The notes beneath the pieces were generated by a model. That model ran no database searches. It saw only the letters and a list, made by a program, of their open reading frames with translations, and had not been told where the DNA came from. A stretch of 64,000 nt of DNA from Anthoceros angustus (taxonomy: Eukaryota > Plantae > Anthocerotophyta). Positions 23,500 through 35,499 of this stretch are shown here, piece after piece. Position numbers and translations under genes: made by a program. Location: NCBI GenBank assembly GCA_010909165.1, contig MU008171.1:930001-994000 (forward strand). Direction: 5' to 3'. Each line of letters starts with the position of its first letter. The first letter of the stretch is position 1.

Positions 23500-26400
23500 C
23501 CACGTACCACCTTATGTCACATGTCTATAATTGTGGGTGTGACTTTGATCTTGATTCAAAGTGCGTTCTTCCCTCGCATGCAGGTAGCTCTTGAAAATTT
23601 GCCGATGTTGAAGCGGTGGAAGGAGTTCTTGAAGTCAAAGGACTTGGATGCTACGGTGGTCGAGCGAGATTCCTCGATATACTCCAGACACATCGTCGGT
23701 GGCGGGCATCAAAGCAGGCAAGCACTATTTGCACGACATTCCATCCGTTTCGAGATGTGTATCATTTGAACTACGTCAGGCATCAGCGGGTTCTGAAATG
23801 CCTCGGTCAAGGTGTTCAAGATGAAGAGGAGAACTAGATGAAGGTCGTGCAAACTCGTGCGGAAATCGATTGCATTCAAAGGCTCTTGAACATGATTCCG
23901 GATGTGTGTTATCGTCTGCAGTGCACGGCCTCCACCACTTCCGCCGCGATAAGCGCATCCATTCCAAAGACACTGCCCATTTCGATGTTGGATTCCATTC
24001 ACGGAAGTCCTTCTCCGCCGGATGAGCCTCGCCCGTACATCCCGACCATCCAAGACTACTCCTGGGAAGTGCTCCACGACGACACGCGGTCGGATATGGC
24101 CGCTTGGTTGGGGTGAATGCCAACTCGGTTTGGGCCGGTTGTATCTAGAAGATACCTGTCCACTGCGACGCGTTCGGTGGAACTGTTGTGGAGGAAGAGG
24201 ACTCGGATAGCGGTGCATTTGAACATCCACCTCCACAAAGGCGTACAATTTGAAGCCGGGTCCGAATCATTTATCGAGCATGGCGAGACCACCACGTAGG
24301 CATACGTAAGGCAATCTAAAGTGCACGAGATGAAATGTGAAGAGGTTCGTATTACCGTGATTTTCGCAAAACTGTGGTAGACAATGCTTGAGGACAATAG
24401 GGAAGGCAACCTTTCGAGATTTGAGGTATCGGTTCCTTAGAATGTGCGGGGAGGCGGAGATGCACCTACAATCCCTTTTGATGTCGATTATGAGGCGATG
24501 GAAGGGTTAGGGTAGACTCGTTTCTTGTCGGACGAGGAAAAGTGTATTGTTGTAGAGGCCTTGAGCGTTTATTGTATCGGGTCTGGCAGTGCGAAGAAGC
24601 GGCGAGCGGTCGGAAACATTGCGTGATGCCCTGCAGTCTGCGAGAATCGATCGCAACTGGCGTGGATGAACCAACTGTTTATGCTTATTGCCGAGAGAAT
24701 GCCAAACATTGAAGTGTATCACCTTCGACTCTTACTCAAAAGGCGAGGTGTTTCAAGAATACAAGCAACATGTATGCGCTCGGTGATCTGATGTTTCTCA
24801 TTCCTACTTTTGTCGACTTTGGGCTACGCACTTCCACAAGGTGAAAATTCAAGAGCAATCGGTTTGCCTTGTGCACAACTGCGATTACCTCAAACGAAAT
24901 ATAAAGAGCGAAAAAGCAGAGAAAAACAAGGTGAGGCTTGATGTGAAATTGTGTTTTGGCAATGCGGATGGTGCGCGGTCGGCCATGCGCGTGTCTTCGG
25001 CGGCGCCTCGGCAATAGTCGCGGTGACGGCCTGTCTGGCCGCCGACGGAGGCTAGTTTGTGAAGTCGCGGTCGGCCGGCGCCTTTTCGTATTCTCCTTCG
25101 GCGGCGGTTTATTCCTCAACGTTGTTTGGGTGATTATTTTGCGAAGCATTTGAAGGCGATCGGCGGCCGACTCGTCCGAGAGAGAAAATGCATCAAGCAC
25201 CGCGTGAAATGTTATGGAGACCCGGCAAAGTATATCGGGATATCCATCGACGGATGGACCAACAAGACACTTCCACATTTCACGCGTTTACCCAAGGACT
25301 GTCGGATGTAGGTTTGATCGGCGTCCATGTTGTGGGGTGCATGATTTATAACTACACCATGTCGGAACTCTTCATGGCATACGGAACATCCGGAGCGATG
25401 CAAACGACTATAGCCAATATCCGGCATGTCATTTCAAATTACGAGGACTACTACCAAAGGTTCTTTATCTTCAACTCGACAATCTTGCGGGAGAATAAGA
25501 ATGCGCTATTAACTTACGAATATGTTGGTAGAGCTTAAGGTTTTGAGAAGGTAAAAGTAGGATTCCTCACAGTTGGGCACACTCATGACCAGTTGACGGA
25601 TGTTTTCGAGGTTTTCAACGGTGCTTGCGGAAGGAAGCTTTACGTTGCCCAAAGGGTATTTTGGAGAATGCATATCGCCCAAACCAAAATTATGGAGGTG
25701 AAAGAAGTTCCGGACTTCAAAGTTTGTGTGGCCAATACCTTATGGTAAGGGTGGCTATAACAGTTCTGCGGTGAAACAGTTGCACAATATATCTTTTCGA
25801 CATCAGTTCAAAATAACCCGAAAGCGAGGTGAGCGGACTTATTCTTGTGATGAGGGGCAAACAATATTCCACGATGAATCTGGTCACCGGACGAGGGTTT
25901 GGAGTTTTGAATAATGTCCCATCTACTCCTATTCAAGCTCGTTTGGTTCATTTGGAGGTCCAGTAAAAAGCGGTTGCAGAGGAGAGATCCGAAGAAGTCT
26001 TGCGACAATGCGTGGGAAACTAGAGGAAAACTCGGGACCCATTTGGGCGCGGTGAGGATATTTGGTGGGAGGAATTGAGCAATCGACCATCGTGGACAAG
26101 ATAGCATGTGAGCATCTTTGAGGAATTGAAGACCCCTTGGCAGTAGTGCGATAGAACACATAATGAAGAGTTGCCGTTGGTTGTACAGGTGAGATTTTTC
26201 TGACATCAATCGTTCGCAAGTGCCCGGGGACATGTATGTTGGAGCGCGGGATGATGCGGCGGGAACAAGAAAGCTTGAAGCGATGTGTTGGAGATACAAA
26301 CAGTCACATGATTGCGGTGCCTTGTGAGACAGATCGACAATCGACCATTACGGCTCGCAAAAGTTCTGGTGGACTTCCAATGTGGCCCATTCATTAAAGT

Positions 26401-26765
26401 CCATTGGTGGGTGACTAAATGCAGCGCATTTGAAGGCGGTACCTAGAGGAGATGATTTTACGATCGACCACCAACGCGGCGATCGTGGGGTCGCTCTCAG
26501 CAGACGGAGCATGAGGTTGCGGAAACACGTCGACAAATTGCTTCTTTCGGACACATTCATCTTGGCATACGGGTTTTCTCTAACAAAAGCGAAGCAACTA
26601 AATGCAAGGACGAACCATGTCGGAAAAACATGTACGTTTTGCGCTCTGCGGGAGGAAGCTCGGAACATATGGAAGGAAGGGGCTGCGGATGATGGCGTTG
26701 CGAAGATGTTGCATCGGGCGAGGACATTGAAACACTTGATGAACATGGTTCATGGAGTTGATTAG
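23500..26765 (+). CDS. DDE transposase, DUF7869/Sola-like, with intron ~24950-25110, frameshifted, copy 1
   Basis: CCGRQCL, ERMPNIEVYH, SIDGMDQ (~25246), QLDN..RENKN (25472-25500), FL.VGHTH (25572-25586). The N-terminal limit is uncertain. Confidence 0.8.
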
Positions 26766-28820
26766 TTAGTTTTCGATTGACCATGGACTCCTACTAGTCT
26801 TTGGTATGGGGAAGGTATCGCCGGTGGCCGTGCGCTTCTCAGTGGATAGGTTGTGTGTTCCCCATGGACATAAGCGGCTTAACCAAGTGCGAGTATGGGC
26901 ACACAAAATGACGGTACAACACAATTTGCGATTATGTTCCAAATCGGCCAAAACCGTGTCTCTATTCGATGGACCTTATTTTTAGGACAACACATGATAA
27001 GACCGGCTGTCGACAAATGTTCAAACGCATCCACGGTCCCACACTTTTAAGTTTTGGAGGAATGAATTCAAAGACAATAATTTTTTGGCCACGTTCTTTT
27101 CGGTCTGTCGAAAAGTGGATGCCAAATTTCTTCAAAACCATAATAACGTACATGGTTTTACGGGACATGCTTTTTGGATATGATGATGGGAAAGTTTGCC
27201 TTTTGCCCAAGAGCCCATTTCAACCGGAATCCGCCGATATTCTTGCAGACTTTGTTTCCAGCACCTTTAGCTCCTCTTAAAATAGAATTGAGAGATAAAG
27301 ATAGGTTCAATGGTGTTGACTACAACATCCGGGCATTAAAATGACCCGGATCCTAGAAGAGCATGAGCTTATGCAGTTGCGGATGGGTGGACCCAAAGGT
27401 AAAAGCTCCCGCTAGAAGTGTGATCAACAACTTGAGTGGGAGCAAAGATGACGCACTAGGTCTATTCTTATTTACTGGATAGAAACATGATCCCTCACAC
27501 CATAGGAGCTGTCAATGCTGCGATGTGTGGAAGGTGTTTAAGCGGATGTACCAGATAAGAGCTCATCCCTAGTACACGTGTAGGGATTTTTCAACTTGAG
27601 GATGAAGGACAAGGGCCTGGAGCTTACATCAACAAGTTTCGGACTTGTAGAGCCAATTTGGCCCCTCGTGGAAACACCCTCACCGAGGTACAAGTGTCGA
27701 CCTGCTAGCCTCGCTCGAAACCTATCAAAATTTTGTTGGAAGCCGAATGCAACCATTCTGCGGGTCAACGGTGCGGTCGGATACGACATTACTCTCGAAG
27801 AAGTTTTGGGTGCACTCCTCTCAAGAGCGTGCACATGGTCTTCTGACACTGGAGCCACTACAAGCAACACGAAGGTGTTATTTTCTTCAAGAGGCGGGCG
27901 GCTTTCGTGGATGAGGCGGTCGAGGTTTTTCATTCTCGGGACAGCAAAGGTTCCCCAACACTCGGAAGTCTCTTACATGGGTGTAAGAATCGGGCACTTT
28001 GAGAAAGACTGCAGAAAAATGGAGAGCCTCGTGAGATTCTCCAATTTGAAAGCAACCTATCTCAAAGCTAAGCAGCCCACCATTTTAGCGGTTTGTCTTT
28101 CATCTGTTCAAACCTCTTTTGATACGGTTCCTAGATTCGGGGCAACCAAAACATCTGCTTTGATAGAAAGTCTTTGATCACTTCACTCCGGCCAGATGAC
28201 AAGCAATTTGTGCTTTTGGGAGACGACAGCGGTCTTTCCATTAAGGGTTCAGGTACAGTTACTATAGAATTACCAACCCTTGGCAGCCTCACATTATCTG
28301 GCGTATTGTTTGTGCCAGCCATGACAAGAAACCTCATGTCAGTAATGAAGCTAGCTCAAGAACACCATTGCCGAGTGTGCTTCGACACTAGAGGTTGTAT
28401 CATTTCTTCTATGAGGACTAGTAAAAATCTGTTCACTGGGACTCCCTACAATGAGCTGTATTTATTGGATGTTAGATCCACTTTAGCCCTTAGTGTGTCC
28501 CAACAACCAGATTTTGCCACCCAGCTTTGGCACTGTAGGCTTGGTCATGTGAATTTCCAATGTCTGTCTTCACTGAACAAAGGCGAGAGCTTTCGTGAAC
28601 CCCTTGATTTTCATTTTGAGGGATCCACCTTTTGTGAAGCTTGCAAGCTTAGTAAAGCTGTCTCGTTACCTTTTAAGGACCCGGTTTCCTCGAGAGCTAC
28701 AAGGCTCCTACAAACCATTGATGATATTTGCGGACCCATGTCAACAACTTCATTTGGCGGTGCCTCTTACTTCCTAACTTTCATAGATGAGTGGGCAGAT
28801 TTTATACGTTTTCCTCTTCG

Positions 28821-29689
28821 ACATCTTGATGGAGGATGTGGCCATTGTGGTAAGTGCTATAGATTGGCTGCTTAGAGGGTGATAAGTGTGCCTAAGTAGA
28901 CATGTGGTTTCTACTTGGAGGTGAGTAGAATTTTATAAAGTGCAAGTGGTATTGGGCATGTTGGCCTCTAAGTGCTGCAGTTTGAATGATGTTGTTTTGA
29001 AATTCTCCAATTTGGTGTTGGAGGCAAGATGTAGAGGTTGTCAGTGAGCTGGCACTTTGAGGAGGCGGTTTGTCTGCGGAGGTTTTGTACATATTATGGA
29101 TTCCTTAACTTGTCTTTGGATCAATTGGGGTGTGCACGTCAATCGTAGTTGTAAACCGCCTGATCATTGTGTGTTGTTTGGTACCTTTTATTGTGTGTAG
29201 AGAAAAGAGAGGTGTCGTATGCCCAATCATAGTCACATTGGGTCAACAAAGCCTCTCAAGTATAGTTCTTCAGCAATTACAAGAAGCACGGAGCAGTCCG
29301 GATCCGGGCATAGTGCCATAGGTTTCTCCTTCCTTGGTGGCCGCTCTCTATGGCTTCTTTGAATTTCGAGGTTTGAGCAATTCTATTTGCTCTTGAACCT
29401 CTGTTGCCTCTGCGTAAGCCCGGCATGCTTATAGATATTTATGTCTCATTGTTATGTCTTGTAGATATCGAGTGCGGTGGCGCGCCCGATACCATGTGAA
29501 GGTCGCATATGGACCGGGATCGATTGTTCGAGAATGGATTGAATAATAAGCATGGCGGAGCGAAGTGCTCAAATACACAAGTGCCCAAGCGTCATGTGTT
29601 GTAACCGTCACGTGACGTTTCGTTATGTGCCTATTAAGTTACGCTTTATGTGAATCGTGCCTAAGGGTTAGGGTGCTACATCGTTAACA
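28821..29689 (-). mobile_element. Duplicated 5' end (LTR 29495-29689, PBS, ORF0 leader, gag start) of the 15.4-17.7 kb Copia
   Basis: Near-identical to 16826-17703. Confidence 0.88.
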
Positions 29690-31267
29690 CGGCACCAGGC
29701 GCCATTTCTTTAATTGGCAAGTTGAATGTGTGTAGTTCTGATCTTGTCTCTCAAATTGCACGTCACGCTATGGGCACTGCCCACTCAATCCACGCAGCTT
29801 GGGCGGACTCTTGGTTTCGAGACAAGGAAGTGCTAGCTTTTGATGTGGAGTTTGTGGCGTCTCGGGCTTCCAAGCATTTGAGCAAGGATGGGAAAGATGA
29901 TGACTGCTCGCAACTTTGCGAAGCACGGATTTCAAGGCGAGGGCGCGCAGGCGGTGAAGTGGCACCGCTGGAGCGAGCAGGAGGTTCCGGCTGGATCCCA
30001 CCACTCACTGATGATGCATCACAGTGCGATGGATCATTGGCGGGATTGAGAACAGCGTCTCTGGCTCCGCAAATTCCGCATCTACGATCTTGAGGCGTGG
30101 AAGTGTATTGGGATTTACATTACAGTAATCATGCGGTTGAAGCATGTTACAAATGTAGTTCGGTAGTTAGCATTTCCGATTAGAGCAGTTACGATTACCA
30201 CTCTGCTATTTAAGAACACGATGTTACCTTACTTGATAATCAATGACAAATCATTCTTACGTAGATTACATGCTCTCTCTTGCCATCTCCTTGATCCACG
30301 GATAGCATAATGCATCTATCGCTAATAGCATTATGGTATCGAGCCCGATCGATTTTGGATGTTGATCGCAGGAGCGGTGCGTACAAGTGGCATCATTCGC
30401 GAGGAAAATGACGAAGAGAAAAGGCGTGGTCTCATCCTCGCCGCCTCTCTTAATGCCCAGTTGTCAAGCTGAAGAAGCGATTGGGCGCTCACATCACGAC
30501 CTAACAAGATTGAGAGAGTCCACTCCTTGCTCAATGATAATGACCTCGAGCTCCAGGGAGTAATTGTTTGGAGGCAGAAGATTTCTCAAGGATCAAGGTC
30601 ACATTGACACAAGCAAACCCCAAGAGAGCATTCGGCCTGACCGTCTTCAACTCGTGAACTCCGGCAGCGCAAATGCTCGATCGACTTGATCAAGAAAATG
30701 TCGGAAGCCTCCAGTTCTTGACATCATCTCGCAACTTCATCGAAGACTCTTCAATCCACGGTGCTTCCGGCGTGAGCTCTTCTCATTAAGGCGGACATTA
30801 CTCAAGCTTATGCAAGATGTCTCGAGACTCAGTTCGAGAGGATGAAGTGTATGATCTTTCCTTTGCTTTGAGCTGTAGAGTACTGCAGTGGGATTTTTCT
30901 CCTGCAGCCCTCTTGTATAGAACTAGTCAGTTTTCTTCAACCGTCTTGCGACCATGGCAAATCCAAACAAAGTCCGCAATATCGGCGGATTCTTGAAAGC
31001 CTCTTTTGCGCTTTGGTGAGGTTGCCACCCCTTTCTCATATCATAAAAGACGTGTTTTTAAAAGAGATGTGTAATGGCGAGTTCCACTTAGAATAATGTA
31101 AGTAAAATAGAGGTTTTTCCATGTATGCACACTTTTGTTTTGATGCGGTCGTTGGCGCACCCTTCCAGACTTACTGGGGAAAGGCAGTGCCCGGCACTAT
31201 GGGTCCAAAAACGTAATATGCATTCAAATCAAAGTCGGGCATTTTCCACGAAGAGTCAAAAGCAGAA

Positions 31268-34200
31268 TTATACGGTCAAGCGGAGCCCCTCATCTACAAG
31301 TCCACAGCTACCCAAAGGGTCATCTACTTCAACCAAATTGAGCTCCGAATGCACCGTTTCTACATTTTCCAAATCCGCCTTTCCGTGTCACCAAAGTCAT
31401 CACCTTCAACGCAAAGCGAAAACGTGAGCCTCTGCGGTGGTAGTGTGCCGTTTTCATCCCATATTGTCAATGCCGTTGGTCTTCAACCGCCGGTCGTCAC
31501 AGGGTCGGAGTCCTTCATTCGACCCTTCTTTCCAAGCAAGCTATACACTTGCATTTTCACATCAATGCCTCTCGCAGATCTCCTTTGCCCAAAACTTGCA
31601 GGGCCCGAAAACTTATCTGTTATTTCTTGAACTCGTGACCGCTCCAACCCGTTCACTCGTTGTGACATATACATTGAGCATCGTGCGTCTTTGTCAATAG
31701 CCTAGCGTTCCTTTTCCGTTGAATCCGGCCACCAAAATGATCCCGATCACGCAGGCGTCAACAATCCGATCGTCTTCGTTGGAGAACATGTTCACCAACA
31801 TGCCTAATAAGCCCACGGGTTTACGATATGGCGTCGACCATCTTATCGATGTGGTAAATCGCTTCTTCACCAGTCCATGTCGGATAACTCTTGGCGCACT
31901 TTGATGTCTTTGCGGCAAAGAGGAGCTTTTCCGACATTGGACTCTCTGCGCTTCCCATCAAATATTCCACTGTTTCCAACACCTGCATTAGGTGGGATGT
32001 TGGTTTTCTCCCATACCGGTTTGTAATGACTCCTTTTCCCGCACCAAGACCTCAAAGCCTCCACGGCTTGAATCACCCCATCCACCCCATGCATAAGAAT
32101 TATCCGAACACATCGTCGTGGTCTTCTCGTTGAAAGAGCTGATGATCTCTTTCAATTCTTCTTCAACGAAAGCCTTGTCATTCTCATGCTGTAAACCTCG
32201 AGGGAGGTCGCAGAAAGAAGAGTATACCTCCTCGGTGGCAAAAATCCTTTCATATCCAAAATGTCTCGATGCACCACGATATGCCACCAAGACCACTCTG
32301 AAGCACTCGCCACGCATCCATGTCCTTGTCGGCCATTTGTTTTCGCTCTTCTTCCATCCGTTTCGATTCGCGCTATAAACAAAATCTTGGAAAGGTTTTG
32401 GCAGCTTTCAAATCCTCAATGTCTCCCGGTTTACGCAAGCAGCGGTGGTGGTCGAGAAACTCATTGTGATGAGTGAGTCGCGGTCAGCGGCCGACACAGT
32501 GTCGGTGGGCGCACTCCACCGATGACGGATGGCGCAGGGAGTCGCTCGGCCAGCGCGGCCGGAGTGCGCTCGGCCCGCGCACTGAGTCGCGGCGGCCAGC
32601 GCGCCTCATTGCGCCTGGAAACAACAAGAGTCGCGGTCGGCCCGGCGCCTGCATCGCCGGCGCGACTCCCCAGAATACACTCACTTACCACTTTCGCAAA
32701 ATTGTTTGAAACTTATTCCTTGGCCTCGGTATGAAGCTGTTTGGCGACTTCAAGGTGGCACACTTCATAGCCTTCGAAGGCATGCTCGATAAGGTTAATC
32801 TTCTTCCTGTTGCCAACATCGTATCCATATCTTTTAGCGGTTTCCTTGGATGACCTTGGTCACTATCAACATCTCTTCACCTTCTCGTCCTTGGGACTCC
32901 TTGGAATGCTCTCCATGCCCTTAGAGCATTGGAGCCGGACGAGGGGATTAGGGCCTGCTGTTGTAGTTGGGTCTTGTGGCTTCCGTTTTGCTTTGCCCCC
33001 GTCTCACACTGCTTTGTTCCCACCTGGGAGTTCGCACTTCTCCCACATCGGAAAATGGTGTCCACGTTCTCCCACAATTTACTCGCAATCCTCAAGCAGT
33101 CTTCCATCCACCATCTTACATACATAATCCGTGTCCTTGGGTTTTCCAGCCTCCTCCGGCATCCCCAGAACTTGTACACATTGAACTTCCACGCAGTGGT
33201 TTTCCATCGGGTGTGTCCGGTGCCAAATCTCAAGCTCATCATGTATGTAGCGGACTTGTTCAATAAAACCAAGCTTCTTCCTCTTGTCTCATACACATTG
33301 TGATCCCGCACCTCATTTCTTCCTCTCAAGCTGCATATACATGGCCCTCGAGCCATTGAAATTTATCTTCCGTCGGATACATTTGAGACGATTATGCATG
33401 GCGGCATAGCAATGGTTCCCTCCCAGCACCCCTAGGGTGTAATCTTTGAGCTCGATCTCCTCCGTGCATCTTCTTTCTTCAAGCCTTGTCTTTGGATCAA
33501 TCATGCACAAAAGTGGGAGCGTCCCTTCCTTCAGGGACATGCATCATCGAACAAGGCACTTCATCCATGCCTCATCCACCTTCCTTATCGAGCATCTGCG
33601 TTAGAAATGAAGCGGGACGTAGTAGTGAATGTCGAATGTTGTGGTTTGCACCCGCTTCTTGTAGGCCCGAGTGCGAACCATCTCCGATAGTCATCCTCCT
33701 GCGAAGGAGCTCCGATCGTTCGGCATCGTGGTCGTCCAAGACAGCGGCTTCCTCTTCGCATGCTTCCTCGACTTCCTTAATTTTTCCGCCTCTACCACCT
33801 CTTCTCCATCACCAGCTGAGATCTTGCCTTCCTCTTCGCTTGATTGGTGTGCTCTGCATGGAAATCAAAACAAGATGCTTCAATTCTTACATGTTAATTG
33901 CGGGCGGAGGGGCTGTTAGGAGCATTCTTACCAGCCATTCGCCTTCTCATCTTCGGAGACACAGCGTTGCGGATTCCTTCTTCTTCTTTCTGGTGCGCGG
34001 CTGCCGCGCGGTCCTCTTCGGACGAGGAGGTCACCTCCTCCTCAAAAGCCTCGATTCAAGACCCACGGCTGGACATGTTGCGAGCCATGGCAGCCTCGTC
34101 GAGCTCGCCTCCGCGGACCACGAGGCGAGGCGCTCCTCCTCTTCCGGAGCTCGGCTCGGCACACCGGAACCTCGTCCTCCTCCATCTCCGGTTGCATAAT

Positions 34201-34338
34201 CCGGCATCGTGTCAGCACAACCCGCCGCGATAGCGCGGGTGCTGCGCGCGCCTCGCTGCCCGATCACCGGTAGTCGATCACTACACCTCTTCTTGACACG
34301 TAGCGGAGTAGAACGCCAAAATTGTTCTCCCCATTCAT
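31268..34338 (-). CDS. ParB/Srx-like + amino-MTase-like gene, copy 2
   Basis: DYTLGVLGGNHCYAAM (ORF 33313-33540), FCDLPRGLQHENDKAFVEEELKEIISSF (ORF 31988-32317), YRKPVGLLGMLVNMFSNEDDRIVDAC (ORF 31694-31918). Confidence 0.72.
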
Positions 34339-35499
34339 TTTAAAGAGGAAAACAATGAGTATACCACATGGGCGAAACCCTAAGCGAAAATGGGAAGTGA
34401 TACATGAGTGACATTCAACTGACTTACATCTTGAACACTTTTGGAATCACGCAAGGCCGATTTCAACTGGCTGGCTCCGACGAGGCATTATCTTGGCAGC
34501 ATCCATTATCGGCGGAGATGTGTGTTGATGTCATCGTTTATGTGCAAATGAGGTTTCTTGGTGACCAAAAGCGTATGTGCATATCTTCGCCCATTAGTCC
34601 CTGTTGCAGAATCCATCCACTCTTGCAGGAATCCCCTCAATACCATTGTAACCGTTAATCCATAAGGCCGATGGTGGAATCCAAGGCGGACTGGATCTTG
34701 GTTCTTCTTCGCAACAACGCTCCACTCTTATGCATGTTGCGCTTGGAAGAGAATCCTGGAGCTTTTTCACCGAAAGCTGCTCCACAAAGTTAAAAGCATG
34801 AGGAATCGCAGTGACTGCATTTCCACTGAGGTTGGTGCTCCCTCGGCCATCAATGTCTTCATATCCTCTCCGTTGACTACCCTTTGAGGTGGACGTCCGG
34901 ACACTACCATGAGAGGATTCTCTCAATTGCATAATAGCGGGTGGGGTTACTGTTACCACATTCGCGGGGATCTGCATCCCCTCATCCGGTACGCGCCCTT
35001 GCAGCGATCCTGCTGCTCTTGCGGCATGCGCATTTTTCCGCTTCGATGCGTGGCGGCCTCCAACGCAGCGGGGGTCGATCTGCATGCTTATTGCTCCGTG
35101 GCGTCCTCGCGATCACCATCCCGCAATCTTCAAAACCTCATGCGGGAAGTTGGCGGGAGGAAGTAAGATTGTAGGACTCTCGAACTCTTGATGAAAAGGA
35201 GAGGCTCGAGCTTACGTGGAAATGAAATATGGATGTTGAAGCGCATCAAGCGGGATTACGATAAAGCCTTAACACACTAGTTACGCTAAAGCGGCTCAAG
35301 TAGTAGCGGTAGGTCAACACGGTCATCATTCATTTAACCTCAAATGCCTAAAATAGGCCCATTACAAATTCGATGCATCCACCTCATCTTATGCCATCAT
35401 TTCTAAGGAGTGGCTGCACTCTCATTCAAGGTCCATCGACGTTCGCCTCAAATATCCATCATCAGTCATCATCAAGACACTTGCAATCAATAATCACTA

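Larger units (their letters stand above)
18998..27256. mobile_element. TIR DNA transposon, Sola-like (DUF7869-type transposase), copy 1, 8259 bp
   Basis: Imperfect ~35-40 bp TIRs beginning AACAAAGTC(C/T)GC..AATATCGG. 4-bp TSD TCCA at 18994-18997 and 27257-27260. Removal restores gag MANPAPLAPLKIELRDKDRFNG. Confidence 0.88.
18126..28820 (+). mobile_element. Copia with TA...TA LTR (5' LTR 18126-18353), copy 1, gag interrupted by a DNA transposon, truncated in integrase by the duplication junction
   Basis: TSD AAGTG at 18121-18125 and PBS at 18354. gag ATG at 18986 resumes at 27257. LWHCRLGHVN and CEACKLSK in ORF 28174-28875. Confidence 0.9.

Noticed and set aside
27274-27280. CTC-TTAA as a Sola3-type end
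   Set aside because: There is no matching left end, and it lies within the restored gag frame. The TCCA-bounded ends fit exactly.
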